A stretch of DNA of 64,000 bases from an uncultured Chloroflexia bacterium (GTDB lineage: Bacteria > Chloroflexota > Limnocylindria > Limnocylindrales > CSP1-4): positions 416,001 through 480,000 of the forward strand of contig CAVYIM010000003.1 in the NCBI GenBank assembly GCA_963768655.1, given 5' to 3'. Under the pieces are notes generated by a model. The model saw only the letters and a program-made list of their open reading frames with translations, ran no database searches and was not told the origin of the DNA. The stretch's first letter is position 1; every line of letters starts with the position of its first letter. This document shows positions 10,129 to 19,864 of the stretch, piece by piece. Made by a program: the position numbers and the translations under genes.

Positions 10129-10686
10129 ATGGACGACCTCTCGACATTCGCGGCGGAGCGGCTCCGGCCGCTGATACGCGTCCGGCAGATCCGTGACTTC
10201 GCCGATCGGGCGGTCTCGCCGGCGGAGCTGGAGGCCATCGCCGACGTGGCGCGCTGGTCCGGCAGCAGCAGCAATGCGCAGCCGTGGCGATTCGTGCTGG
10301 TTCGACGGATGGACACGATCCGACGCCTGGCCGAGGCCGCCATGCCTCAGACGAGAGCCCTCCAGACAGCGACGGCGGCGATCGCCATCGTCGTCCCGGA
10401 TGAAGCCGGGCGTGCCGTCTCATATGCCTACGACGAAGGGCGCGCCTCGGAGCGCATCCTCATTGCCGCGTCCATCCTGGGCCTGGGAGCGGGCATCACG
10501 TGGATTCTCCCGGACGCACGCGAAAAGATCCATTCCGTCCTGGCCATCCCTGAGGGCCGGTTCGTGCGGACGATCGTGGCCATCGGACACCCGAGCGAGG
10601 CGGCGCGCGCACCGAAGTCGGCCCCGGGCACCGCCCGGTTGCCGCGCAGCGAAGTCGTGTTCGAGGAAAGTTGGCCGAAAGGCTGA
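10129..10686 (+). CDS. Nitroreductase family protein
   Basis: RQIRDF, ARWSGSSSNAQPWRF, LGLGAGI, IVAIGHP; ATG 10129 in frame with ORF 9274..10686. Confidence 0.88.
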   Translation: MDDLSTFAAERLRPLIRVRQIRDFADRAVSPAELEAIADVARWSGSSSNAQPWRFVLVRRMDTIRRLAEAAMPQTRALQTATAAIAIVVPDEAGRAVSYAYDEGRASERILIAASILGLGAGITWILPDAREKIHSVLAIPEGRFVRTIVAIGHPSEAARAPKSAPGTARLPRSEVVFEESWPKG

Positions 10687-10720
10687 TCCGCTCGGCTTCC
10701 CTACCTCGTCGCCTGTCGAT

Positions 10721-12400
10721 CTACTCGGCGCCCTCGGCCGCCGGCCCCCGCCCCGGCGCAGCGGGAACGGTGCGGATCCCCGCCCGAGCCGCTTGCTCAG
10801 CGTGGAAGTGGGCCCGCAACGGCTTCTCCTTGAGGCCGAGCACGGCCACGAAGGAGACTGCCGAGGCCACCACGCCCAGCCAGACTGAGTTGGCGATGGC
10901 GAGGGAGAAGGCGTTGTAGAAACCCGTGGCGAATGGCTCCCTGAGAGCCGCCGGCAGGGCCGCGAATGCGTCCGCCACCGAGCCTCCGACTGAGATGAGC
11001 TGGTTGGGATCGAACGCCGCGGGCGCCGTCGCGGGCACGTTCGAAGCGGGCACGCCGGCCGGCAGGGCGGCCACGATCGAGTTGTGGATCGAATCCCAGG
11101 TCAGGTTCTCGCGGAACAGCGTGAAGGCCATCGTCAGTCCAACCGACGTGCCGATCTGGCGGAACAGAGTCAGATCGCTGGTGGCGGTGCCGAGGCGCTC
11201 GAACGGGACGTCGTTCTGGACGATCAGCGTGAAGATGGCCATCGTCGGGCCAACGCCGAGTCCGGCGATCAGCATCCACGCCGACAGCGCGACAAAGCTC
11301 GTGTCCGCGCGGAGATTCCCGAACAGCCAGACGCCGACGCCCATGAAGACCAGGCCGACTGCCAGCAGAACCTTGTATCGGCCGGTCCGGCTGACGATCT
11401 GGCCGGCTGCGATCGAGCTGACGATGAGCCCGAACAGGAACGGGAAGAGCAGATAGCCGGATGCCGTAGTGCTCTCGCCCTTGACGATCTGGAACCAGAG
11501 CGGCAGGAAGATGATCAAGATCGAGAAGCCGAAGACCGCGAAGAAGGTTGCGGCCGAGGAGACGGCGAAGGTCCGGTTGCGGAACAGATCCAGCGGGATC
11601 ATCGGGTCCCTGGCCCGGGCCTCGGCGACGATGAAGGCAACCAGGAAGACCACGCCGACGACGAACCAGCCGACGACGGAAGGATCGAGCCAGCTGGTGG
11701 TTTCGGCCAGGGTGAGGGCGATCAGAACCGGAACTACGGCGCCCACGAAGGTGACGACGCCGACGACGTCGAGCGAGAGGTGGGCGTTCTTGGGGTGGAC
11801 CATCGGCAGCAGCCGGCCGATCAGGTACAGCGAGACGAGCCCGACCGGGACGTTGACGAAGAAGATCCAGTGCCAGGAGAGGTTGTCCGTGAGGACGCCG
11901 CCGAGGAACGGTCCGACCAGGAAGGCGACGCCGAAGACGCCACCGAACAGACCCTGGTACTTGCCTCGCTCGACCGGCGTGAACAGGTCGCCGATCACGG
12001 CCAGAGAAATCGGGAAGAGGGCACCCGCGCCGAGACCCTGGAGGCCGCGGAAGGCGATCAGCTCCCCCATGGTCTGGCTCAGGCCCGAGAGCACTGACCC
12101 GATCAAGAAGAGCACGATGCCGATGAGCAGCATCGGCTTTCGGCCGAAGAAGTCGGACAGCTTGCCGTAGACCGGGATCGCCGCGGTGCTCGTCACCAGG
12201 TACGAGGTGACGACCCACGTGTACAGGTCGGAGCCGTTGAGCTCCGTCGAGATCCTGGGCAGCACCGGGCCCACGATCGTCTGGTCCAGGGCACCGAGGA
12301 ATAGAGCCAGCATGATGGCGCCCATGATCTCGAACCGCGCTCGGGGGTTGACCTCGATCGCAGCGTGCGCGGGGGCGCTCATTGCGTTCTCCGCCGTCAT
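10721..12400 (-). CDS. DHA2 (EmrB/QacA) family MFS efflux transporter
   Basis: LGALDQTIV, YGKLSDFFGRK, WHWIFFVNVPVG; about 14 hydrophobic segments; AGGAG RBS. Confidence 0.92.
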   Translation of the reverse strand: MTAENAMSAPAHAAIEVNPRARFEIMGAIMLALFLGALDQTIVGPVLPRISTELNGSDLYTWVVTSYLVTSTAAIPVYGKLSDFFGRKPMLLIGIVLFLIGSVLSGLSQTMGELIAFRGLQGLGAGALFPISLAVIGDLFTPVERGKYQGLFGGVFGVAFLVGPFLGGVLTDNLSWHWIFFVNVPVGLVSLYLIGRLLPMVHPKNAHLSLDVVGVVTFVGAVVPVLIALTLAETTSWLDPSVVGWFVVGVVFLVAFIVAEARARDPMIPLDLFRNRTFAVSSAATFFAVFGFSILIIFLPLWFQIVKGESTTASGYLLFPFLFGLIVSSIAAGQIVSRTGRYKVLLAVGLVFMGVGVWLFGNLRADTSFVALSAWMLIAGLGVGPTMAIFTLIVQNDVPFERLGTATSDLTLFRQIGTSVGLTMAFTLFRENLTWDSIHNSIVAALPAGVPASNVPATAPAAFDPNQLISVGGSVADAFAALPAALREPFATGFYNAFSLAIANSVWLGVVASAVSFVAVLGLKEKPLRAHFHAEQAARAGIRTVPAAPGRGPAAEGAE

Positions 12401-12692
12401 TGGTTCTCCTTGCCTTGCGAGGCAGTTGGTTCTCAGCGGCTTCGCGGAAGCCGCCCAAAGTCAAGATTGGGCTCGGTCCGTGCGGACCTCGTGAACGTAC
12501 GTCGGAGGAGTGGTGCATTGAGCACGGCCCCGGCAAGATCGCGTGATCCCCGGCGACGAGCGGACCGAGATGATACGGTCGGAAATGGAATAGTGCCCGG
12601 AGCGGCGGCATCTTGCCCGACGAGGGGCCCGGTCGCCCACGGGGCGCAACCCACACCGCGGAGCGTGGCCGCGAGCAGCCAGCGGCGAGCAG

Positions 12693-13334
12693 CTAGCCGA
12701 TCCTGCGCGCGACGACCTCGATCAAGTGGAAATGATGCGGCTCACCGAGCGCCGTCTGCGAGTCCTCTTCTTTGACGTTCCAGTATTCGATGTCGAAACC
12801 GGCCAGGTCCTCCTCGATGCGTTCGGGCGGAAGGCAGGTCATCGTCTCCTCCGTTGCCGAGGCGTCGCGGTCGCCGAAGAGCATGGCCGCGAATCGCGAT
12901 CCCGGCGCCAGGGCCGACACGATTCGGCGCCAAGTCGCAGCGTACTGGTCGGGCGCGAGGAACGGCAGGCACAAGCTGGCGTTGACCAGGTCGCAGGGCG
13001 GGATTTCCACCGTGGCGAGATCCCCGATGCGAGTCTCGAGGCGGGCGCCGAGCATGGGGCCGGCGGCGGCCGCGAGCGTCTGGAGGGCCGCCGGTTCACG
13101 GTCTACTGCCAGGACGTGCCAGCCAGCTCGCAGCAACTCGCGGGCGTCGCGACCGGCGCCGCAGCCCAGATCCACGGCCAGTCGCTCGCGGCGCGGACGG
13201 CGCTCGGCGCCGGATCCGGCGGCCGCGTCATCCTCCGCCTTGAACCGCTCGATGGCGATCCGGACCGTATCCCAGGCCGGCCGCTCGACCGTGACGTGGT
13301 AGTAGCGTGTCCAGTACTCGGAATCCTCGGTCAT
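12693..13334 (-). CDS. Class I SAM-dependent methyltransferase (TehB-like)
   Basis: VDLGCGAGRD motif I, VLAVD motif II; start MTEDSEYW at 13334. Confidence 0.85.
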   Translation of the reverse strand: MTEDSEYWTRYYHVTVERPAWDTVRIAIERFKAEDDAAAGSGAERRPRRERLAVDLGCGAGRDARELLRAGWHVLAVDREPAALQTLAAAAGPMLGARLETRIGDLATVEIPPCDLVNASLCLPFLAPDQYAATWRRIVSALAPGSRFAAMLFGDRDASATEETMTCLPPERIEEDLAGFDIEYWNVKEEDSQTALGEPHHFHLIEVVARRIG

Positions 13335-13363
13335 GGCCGAGCAGCGTATCAGCAGGGCGCGGC

Positions 13364-13391
13364 CCCGGCAACGAAAGCCCGGCAACGAAAG
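13364..13391. repeat. 14-bp tandem duplication CCCGGCAACGAAAG x2
   Basis: Directly visible; duplicates the U-tract side of the adjacent terminator. Confidence 0.8.
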
Positions 13392-13416
13392 AGCGGGGCC
13401 CGGCGGGCCCCGCTCT
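13384..13416 (-). terminator. Intrinsic terminator of the ECF/anti-sigma operon
   Basis: 12-bp stem AGAGCGGGGCCC/GGGCCCCGCTCT followed on the minus strand by TTCGTT. Confidence 0.7.
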
Positions 13417-13448
13417 GTAGGCGATCTGCTCTTTCGTCGGCGCGTCGG

Positions 13449-14102
13449 TCAGGGCCAGATCTCGTGGACCCCCCCGGCGCCGGTGTCGTAGGTGAGCTGC
13501 CAGTAGGGAAGCAGCTCCGGTACCGGGGGGTTGGCCGCCGCCGAGTCGCTTGCCGGATCGGCCGGGAAGCCGTCGGCGCAGGCGACCGCGTCAGTCGGCC
13601 CGGAGCCGCAGCCGTCGTTCCCGTTCGGGAGGGCGGAAAGGCCCGCGAACACGTAGACGATGATTTGGGGAGCCTTGACCGTGCCAGGCTCCGGCGTCGG
13701 GAAAGTGGGCCCGGCGAAGAAAGCTCCCGCCGAGGTGTCCTGCGCGACCATGGCCGCGATCTGCCCGAGGCGGCCATGGGCCAGGCCGCTCTTGACCACT
13801 ACGTTCACGACCTCGACGCCGTCAGTCCGGTTCGCCCGCAGGCCGAAGGATCGGTAGTCCTGTCCACACAGGACGTCGTTCGAAGCGCAGCCTCCCTGCG
13901 CAAAGAGCTGATTCAGCAGCCCGGAATTCGCCGCCAGAACACCGCCGGCCAGGCACAGGGTCGCGGCCAGCGCGAGCGCGATCGCGGCCGGTCGCCCGAG
14001 CCACCGACGCCGCCGTTCCGGCCGCCAGACGGCCTCCATCGGAGGCGCTTTGAAGCGAAGCTGGCTGAGCAGCCCCTCGAGATCGTCGTTCTTGTCATCC
14101 AT
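13449..14102 (-). CDS. Putative single-pass anti-sigma factor with a Cys-containing extracytoplasmic domain
   Basis: Directly downstream of the ECF gene; short N-terminus, RRRRW then TM helix, two Cys pairs outside; AGGAG RBS before ATG 14102. Confidence 0.7.
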   Translation of the reverse strand: MDDKNDDLEGLLSQLRFKAPPMEAVWRPERRRRWLGRPAAIALALAATLCLAGGVLAANSGLLNQLFAQGGCASNDVLCGQDYRSFGLRANRTDGVEVVNVVVKSGLAHGRLGQIAAMVAQDTSAGAFFAGPTFPTPEPGTVKAPQIIVYVFAGLSALPNGNDGCGSGPTDAVACADGFPADPASDSAAANPPVPELLPYWQLTYDTGAGGVHEIWP

Positions 14103-14110
14103 GTCGGCTC

Positions 14111-14626
14111 CTATCGGTGCATCTCGCGCCGGAGTCGCTCCAGGGCCCGATGGATGGCCACGCCAACCGCGCCCGGGCTCATCCCCAGCAGTTCGGCAAT
14201 CGCGGGGTTCGTCAGGTCGGCGCCGTAGCGAAGGGCGATGAGGTCCGAGTCCCGCGCAGGCAGGGCGGCGATGGCGGCGTTGAGGGCCACCAGGTCGGCC
14301 AGCCGAGACGTCGGGTCGCCGCCGGAGAACTCCAGCTCTCCGAGGGACAGCTGCAGCGGGCGGCGGCGATGACGCCGGGCCTCGTCTCTGATCGCGTTCA
14401 CGCCCACGGTCAAGAGCCAGCTCTCGATCGAGCCATCGGCGCTGCGCCACTTTCGACGCTGTCGCCAGACTCGCTCGAGGGCGGCGCCGGTGGCGTCTTC
14501 GGCGTCTTCCCGAGGGAGGCGATAGCGGGCATAGGAGTAGAGACGCGGCAGGAGCGCCGGCAACTCGGCGAGAACGGCGTCATCGATAGCCCTCTCGTCG
14601 AACCGTTCCAGCGCCGCCGCCTGCAT
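14111..14626 (-). CDS. ECF-type RNA polymerase sigma factor
   Basis: LYSYARYR..DAEDATGAALERVW and SWLLTVGVN (region 2); LPARDSDLIALRYGADLTNPAIAELLGMSPGAVGVAIHRAL (region 4). Confidence 0.92.
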   Translation of the reverse strand: MQAAALERFDERAIDDAVLAELPALLPRLYSYARYRLPREDAEDATGAALERVWRQRRKWRSADGSIESWLLTVGVNAIRDEARRHRRRPLQLSLGELEFSGGDPTSRLADLVALNAAIAALPARDSDLIALRYGADLTNPAIAELLGMSPGAVGVAIHRALERLRREMHR

Positions 14627-14672
14627 GCTCGCCTCCAGCTCCTGCGTCCTCGACCTGCCTCTACCTTCAACA

Positions 14673-14698
14673 AACGTTCCCGGCTCGCAATCCATTAC
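14673..14698 (-). promoter_or_regulatory. Candidate autoregulatory ECF promoter GTAAT-N17-CGTT
   Basis: Minus strand gtaat ggattgcgagccgggaa cgtt, about 45 nt upstream of the sigma start. Confidence 0.4.
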
Positions 14699-14760
14699 GG
14701 GCACATCGGCAGAGGGCCGGCGCCGCTCGTGTGGCACCCGCCGTGACCCGGGTCGGGCGC

Positions 14761-15675
14761 TCAGACGAAAGCGGCGGCGGCGTAGCCCACCGTTCGGCGC
14801 GGATCGCCGCCGGCGTCCGCGGAAGTGGCCTTGCCCAGCAGGACTCCCTTTGTCGCGCCCATCTGGGAGACGGCGGCCAGTGTGAAGCGGACCGGGTCGA
14901 TGCCGCACAGCCCACACACGAGCCCGGGCATGCCGGCCCGCAGCACGGCCCCCTCGAGGTCATCCAGGGCGTCGGCGTCGAGCTCGAGGAGCGGTACGAG
15001 GAGCCGATCGTCCACTTCCTCGCAGATTCGGGCCGGCGGATAATGGGCGAGGTCGGAGCTGGCGATCAGGATGATTCGGTCGCCGGTGGAACGGAGCTCG
15101 GCCAGCAGGCGGCCGAGCCGCTCCCCTGCGTCGGTGTGAGCCTGCAGCCTCGGGCTGACGGCGAGTGGCACGATCCGCACCCCCGGACAGGCCCGCACCA
15201 GGAGCGGCAGCTGGACCTCGATGGAGTGCTCGGCAAGGTGCGCGCTGTCGTCGGGCGCGAATGGCGGCCCGAGGTCGGCGCATCGCAGCGCCACATCGCG
15301 GTCCACGGGCACCTCTCCGAGTGGCGTCTGCCACGGCCCGCCGGTCCAGACCCCGACGCCGGCAGCCGAGGCCTGATGATCCGTTCCGGCGACCACGACC
15401 GTCGTCGGCGCCATCTTGCCGACGAGATCCCACGTCAGGGCGGCGATGACGCCCGAGTAGACCAGCCCCGCGTGAGGTACGAGCCCGCCCACGACGGACT
15501 CCGGGTCCACCCCGGCGGGCCGTGCGGCGGCCGAGGCACCGACGAGAAGCATCTCGACCAGCCGGCCCAGGCGTTCCGGCTCGGACGGGTAGAAGCTGCC
15601 CGCCACCGCGGCCGGGCGTGGGCGCGGCGGACGGATGTCGGGCGGGCGAACGTGCGGTCGCTGCCGCTCGCTCAC
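14761..15675 (-). CDS. amrB: AmmeMemoRadiSam system protein B (MEMO family)
   Basis: AVAGSFYP, VPHAGLVYSG, EHSIEVQLP, ASSDLAHY, CGIDP, VGYAA; GTG overlaps the amrS stop (GTGA). Confidence 0.92.
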   Translation of the reverse strand: MSERQRPHVRPPDIRPPRPRPAAVAGSFYPSEPERLGRLVEMLLVGASAAARPAGVDPESVVGGLVPHAGLVYSGVIAALTWDLVGKMAPTTVVVAGTDHQASAAGVGVWTGGPWQTPLGEVPVDRDVALRCADLGPPFAPDDSAHLAEHSIEVQLPLLVRACPGVRIVPLAVSPRLQAHTDAGERLGRLLAELRSTGDRIILIASSDLAHYPPARICEEVDDRLLVPLLELDADALDDLEGAVLRAGMPGLVCGLCGIDPVRFTLAAVSQMGATKGVLLGKATSADAGGDPRRTVGYAAAAFV

Positions 15676-16721
15676 TGCCGGGCCTCCGGCCTGCCCCATT
15701 CGGCCAACCCGACCCCCGCCAGAGAGTGGCCGCAGCGCGCGCACCGACCCTCGACCAGGGCCGCTCGAACCGACGTGAATCCGCGGCGCCGGATTAGCGT
15801 CTCGCCGCATTCAGCGCAGCGTGTGTCCTCGTCGCCGTCGGCGAGATTGCCCGAGTAGACGTGGCGCAGGCCCGCCGCGCGGCCCACCTCGACCGCCCGC
15901 CGGATCGTGGCAGATGGTGTCGGGTCGAGGTCGGTGAGCCTGTACGTAGGGAAGAAGCGGCTCACGTGCCAGGGCGTCTCGGGCCCCAGCTCGCGCACAA
16001 TCCAGCCGGCCAGCGTGGCCAGCTCATCGGGGTCGTCGTTGAGCCCCGGGATCAAGAGTGTCGTCACTTCGACCCAGATGCCTCGCCGGCGCATCCCCAC
16101 GAGAGTTTCGAGGACCGGAGCCAGACGCGCGCCGACGATGCGCCGGTAGAAGCGATCGTTGAACGATTTCAGATCCACGTTGGCGGCCTGAATCAGCGGC
16201 ACCAGAACGTCCAGGGCCTCGGGCGTCTGATAGCCGTTGGTGACCAGGATGTTGGCCAGGCCGGCCGGAATGGCCAGTCGGGCAGTCTCGACCACGTACT
16301 CGATGAAGACCGTCGGCTCGGTGTAGGTGTACGCGACGCTGCGCGACCCGGCGGCCACGGCGGCAGCCACGACCGCCTCGGGAGGCAGATGGAACGCGCC
16401 GACGTTCCGGCCATCCCGTTCGGCCTGGGAGATCGTCCAGTTCTGGCAGTGCAGGCAGTGGAAGTTGCAGCCCCGTGTCGCGATCGAGTAAGCGACGCTG
16501 CCGGGGTAGACGTGGAAGAGCGGCTTCTTCTCGATGGGGTCGGCGTTGGCGGCCACGGCCTGCCCGAACACAGTCGTCACCAGGTGGCCATCGCGGTTCT
16601 CCCGCACGCGGCAGATCCCCGCCCGGCCGGGCCGGATGAGGCAGCGATGGGCGCAGGCTACGCAGCGGGTCGCGCCATCGGCCTCGGCGAGACCGAGGAG
16701 GGCGGGGCTGGCGGCGGTCAT
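15672..16721 (-). CDS. amrS: AmmeMemoRadiSam system radical SAM enzyme
   Basis: N-terminal CxxCxxxC, DPIEKKPLFH, GCNFHCLHCQNW (CxxxCxxC), YTYTEP, C-terminal CxxC pairs. Confidence 0.94.
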   Translation of the reverse strand: MTAASPALLGLAEADGATRCVACAHRCLIRPGRAGICRVRENRDGHLVTTVFGQAVAANADPIEKKPLFHVYPGSVAYSIATRGCNFHCLHCQNWTISQAERDGRNVGAFHLPPEAVVAAAVAAGSRSVAYTYTEPTVFIEYVVETARLAIPAGLANILVTNGYQTPEALDVLVPLIQAANVDLKSFNDRFYRRIVGARLAPVLETLVGMRRRGIWVEVTTLLIPGLNDDPDELATLAGWIVRELGPETPWHVSRFFPTYRLTDLDPTPSATIRRAVEVGRAAGLRHVYSGNLADGDEDTRCAECGETLIRRRGFTSVRAALVEGRCARCGHSLAGVGLAEWGRPEARQ

Positions 16722-16848
16722 CGCTCGAGCGGGCAGGAGTCCAGGGGCTCCTGGCCGGGAGCTTGCCGGTTGGGAGATGGTCGGTCGCACGGCGACTCCT
16801 CGATGCCATGCTGGATTCGGCACGGTCCCGGCGAAAGGGCCGAACGGC

Positions 16849-17742
16849 TCAGCTTCTGGTCTCGAACCGGCGGGCAGGCTGGACGATGGGCCGGACCTTC
16901 CACGAACAGCTCGTCGTCGCCGTCAGGCTCTCGCCGGCGAGGAGCGTGACCAGGCCCGTGTCATCCTGGCCGGCGCCCGCGAGTCGGATCGAGTCCGGCC
17001 ACGCGGTCGCCAGTTCAACTGCCACGGCCTGCGGGTGCGTACGCACCGCCACGACGCCGACCGGCCTGGCGAATGACACGGTGAGCTCAATGTCCGGCCA
17101 CGTGACCACGACCGGCGACCGAACCGCGGCGTAGACGTCGTCGAGGCGATGCCCGGCCAGGCTCGGACCGGCGCGAAGGTCGGTCCGGCGGTCGACCGGG
17201 ATCAACTCGCCGGTGGGGATGAGATCGGGCTTGAGCGCCAGCGACGTGTCGCTCTGGACGGCGACGCAGAGATGGCCGCCCGGATTGCGGAACCACGGGT
17301 GCCACCCGACCGCGGCGGGCATCGGCTCGTCGGCGGCGATCTCCGCCTCGAAGCGCATCAGACCTCTGGCGATCGCGATCCGCTGCGTCACCGTGCCGCG
17401 GAACGGCCACTTGTTCGGGTCCAGCGGGCAGGAGAGTGACACCGACGCGGCGGTCCGCGACGTAACCGTCCATTCGGAATCGAAGACGGCACCCTGGATC
17501 GAGTGGCGGCCGCCGTTGAGGCGCAGTCGGACCTTGCGACCGCCCCAGTCAACCAGGCCCCGCTGGACTCGGCCGACGAACGGCGCCATCACGTAGCAAC
17601 CCCAGCCCAGCGCCGGGGCGACGCCGACGGCAGGCTCGACGAGGAGCCGTTCGCGTCCCGCCATCACCCACGAGGCGAGCCGGCCCCCTGCCGAGGTGTC
17701 GATCGAGACCCCGTCGATCTCGTCCCCGATCTTGACGATCAT
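16849..17742 (-). CDS. Aldose 1-epimerase / galactose mutarotase-like protein
   Basis: MAPFVGRV, GWHPWF, LIPTG, LDDVY; the usual HG motif reads HSIQG. Confidence 0.8.
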   Translation of the reverse strand: MIVKIGDEIDGVSIDTSAGGRLASWVMAGRERLLVEPAVGVAPALGWGCYVMAPFVGRVQRGLVDWGGRKVRLRLNGGRHSIQGAVFDSEWTVTSRTAASVSLSCPLDPNKWPFRGTVTQRIAIARGLMRFEAEIAADEPMPAAVGWHPWFRNPGGHLCVAVQSDTSLALKPDLIPTGELIPVDRRTDLRAGPSLAGHRLDDVYAAVRSPVVVTWPDIELTVSFARPVGVVAVRTHPQAVAVELATAWPDSIRLAGAGQDDTGLVTLLAGESLTATTSCSWKVRPIVQPARRFETRS

Positions 17743-17929
17743 CGCCTGTCTCTTTGGCCCCTTGTCCTGCGAGCACCGGCGGCGAAGGCGCTCGGTTTGC
17801 ACCCATGGTAGCGATTGCCCGCGAGAACCCGCGCGGCCTTCTCGCCCCGCAGCGCCGGAAGATCGCGCCATTCGACTCTGGCGCGATCGGCTCCAGAGCC
17901 TAGCCTCGTCACGGGAGGCAGAGCAGCCG

Positions 17930-18490
17930 ATGCAAACACTGTCGCCGTCTGATCGTAAACAGTTGCTCGACCTGGCGCGGGCCACGGTCGAGTCAACCGC
18001 CAGGCGTGATCCGAGGCCTGCACTCGATCCGGCTGCCGTCACGCCAGGGCTGGCGGCCCCTTCAGCGGCGTTCGTGACCCTCCACGAGGGAGGGCAGCTG
18101 CGCGGCTGCATCGGGATGATGCGCTACGACGTGCCGCTCTGGATCAACGTGCGCGATTCGGCGGTCGCCGCGGCGCGAGACGATCCTCGCTTCGAGCCTG
18201 TCGCGCCGTCCGAGCTGCCCGGCATAGAGATCGAGATATCCGTGCTGGAGCCGCCGATTCCAATTCCGGACCCGGCCCTGTTCGAGGCAGGGCGCCACGG
18301 CATCGTCGTCGAACGGGGCGGTGCTCGCGCCCTGCTGCTGCCTCAGGTCGCGCCGGAGATGGGCTGGGGCGGCCCCGAGATGCTCGAGGCCGTCTGCCGC
18401 AAGGCCGGCCTCAGGCCCGACGCCTGGCGCGATCCTGGTACGCGACTGTCCGTCTTCGAGTCCGTCTGCTTCAGCGCGGAAGAGGGCTGA
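17930..18490 (+). CDS. amrA: AmmeMemoRadiSam system protein A (AMMECR1 domain)
   Basis: AFVTL..GQLRGCIG, DPRF, EISVL, LLPQVA, CRKAGL; GGAGG RBS. Confidence 0.94.
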   Translation: MQTLSPSDRKQLLDLARATVESTARRDPRPALDPAAVTPGLAAPSAAFVTLHEGGQLRGCIGMMRYDVPLWINVRDSAVAAARDDPRFEPVAPSELPGIEIEISVLEPPIPIPDPALFEAGRHGIVVERGGARALLLPQVAPEMGWGGPEMLEAVCRKAGLRPDAWRDPGTRLSVFESVCFSAEEG

Positions 18491-18513
18491 AGGCGCGATT
18501 CCGCGAGGCGAGG

Positions 18514-18547
18514 TCTTCAGGGGCTCTTCAGGGTTGGACCCAACTAT
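18514..18547 (+). promoter_or_regulatory. OmpR-type direct repeat TCTTCAGGG-N2-TCTTCAGGG with a -10-like AACTAT
   Basis: 9-bp direct repeat with 11-bp period upstream of htrA. Confidence 0.6.
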
Positions 18548-18599
18548 GAGGACCGATCGAGATGCCCGGAATGCGTGGCATCGACTGGAGGTCCGAATC

Positions 18600-19730
18600 G
18601 TGTTCGCTAGTGATCAGCGTTCCACGCGTCGCGTGGGCGCGCTCTCAGCTCTTCTGGTGTCACTGATCCTCGTTGTTGCTGCCTGCGCGTCGTCGGCAAC
18701 AGGCAAGTCGGACACGCTCGTGGGCAGCGCCGTCGGCGCCAATCCCAGCACTATTCCGGTTGCGCTGGCCGCCCCGACCGCGACACCCACGGCGACGCCC
18801 GTGGTCGGGTCTTCGACGGCGTCCAACTCCGCCGCCGTCGATGCCGGGTCTCTCCAGGCCGCAATGGTGTCGGTCATCAAGCAGGTCACGCCGTCCGTGG
18901 TCGTCATCGAAACCGACTCCGGACTCGGCTCCGGCGTCATCTACAACGCAGCCGGGGACATCGTCACCAACTACCACGTGGTCGGGACATCGACGACGTT
19001 CAAGGTCACTCTCTCCAACGGCAAGTCCTACGACGGCACGCTGGTCGGAAGCTACCCCCCGGATGACATAGCCGTGGTCAAGATCACCGCCCCGGGTCTG
19101 ACGCCGGCAGTCTTCGGCGACTCCAGCCAGCTGTCGGTGGGCGACGTCGTACTGGCGATGGGCAACCCGCTCGGCCTTCAGTCGAGCGTCACCGAAGGGA
19201 TCGTCAGCGCTCTCGGCCGGCAGGTGTCGGAGCCGAACGGCTACACCCTGCCCGACGTGATCCAGACCAGCGCCGCCATCAACCCCGGCAACAGCGGCGG
19301 CGCGCTCGTCGACCTCGAAGGTCAGGTCATCGGCATCCCGACACTGGCCGCGACGGATCCGCAGATCGGTGGTAGCGCTCCCGGAATCGGCTTCGCGATC
19401 TCCAGCAACCGCGCCCGGACCATTGCCGATCAGCTGATCGCCACTGGGTCCGTCACCAACTCCGGACGTGCCTACCTGGGCGTCGAGATCATGGATACCA
19501 CCAATGGCGTTGGCGTCTACTCCGTCACCGCCGGCGGGCCGGCCGCAACGGCCGGCATCAAGGCCGGCGACCTGATCCTGTCGATCAACGGGCAGGCCAC
19601 ACCGGATTCGTCCACGCTCTCCGGGATCCTGGCCACCCTCAAGCCGGGGACCGTGGCCAAGGTCGTCGTCCAGCATTCGGACGGAACCAAGGCGACTTAT
19701 TCCGTGACTCTTGGCCAGCTGCCTGGCTGA
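18600..19730 (+). CDS. htrA: HtrA/DegP-like lipoprotein serine protease with PDZ domain
   Basis: Lipobox VAAC; catalytic triad TNYHVV, DDIAV, NPGNSGG; C-terminal PDZ (YLGV..GPAATAGIKAGDLI). Confidence 0.9.
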   Translation: MFASDQRSTRRVGALSALLVSLILVVAACASSATGKSDTLVGSAVGANPSTIPVALAAPTATPTATPVVGSSTASNSAAVDAGSLQAAMVSVIKQVTPSVVVIETDSGLGSGVIYNAAGDIVTNYHVVGTSTTFKVTLSNGKSYDGTLVGSYPPDDIAVVKITAPGLTPAVFGDSSQLSVGDVVLAMGNPLGLQSSVTEGIVSALGRQVSEPNGYTLPDVIQTSAAINPGNSGGALVDLEGQVIGIPTLAATDPQIGGSAPGIGFAISSNRARTIADQLIATGSVTNSGRAYLGVEIMDTTNGVGVYSVTAGGPAATAGIKAGDLILSINGQATPDSSTLSGILATLKPGTVAKVVVQHSDGTKATYSVTLGQLPG

Positions 19731-19864
19731 TCCGGGTTTCAGACCCAGCTTCGTTCGGTGAGCGCGCCTTCGGGCGCGCTCACTGGCTTTCGGAGTGCCG
19801 GCGCCCGCCACGCGCCTCCCGCCGTCAGCCGGTCGCTGGCCGTTAGCCGCCCCGCCGCCCGCCG

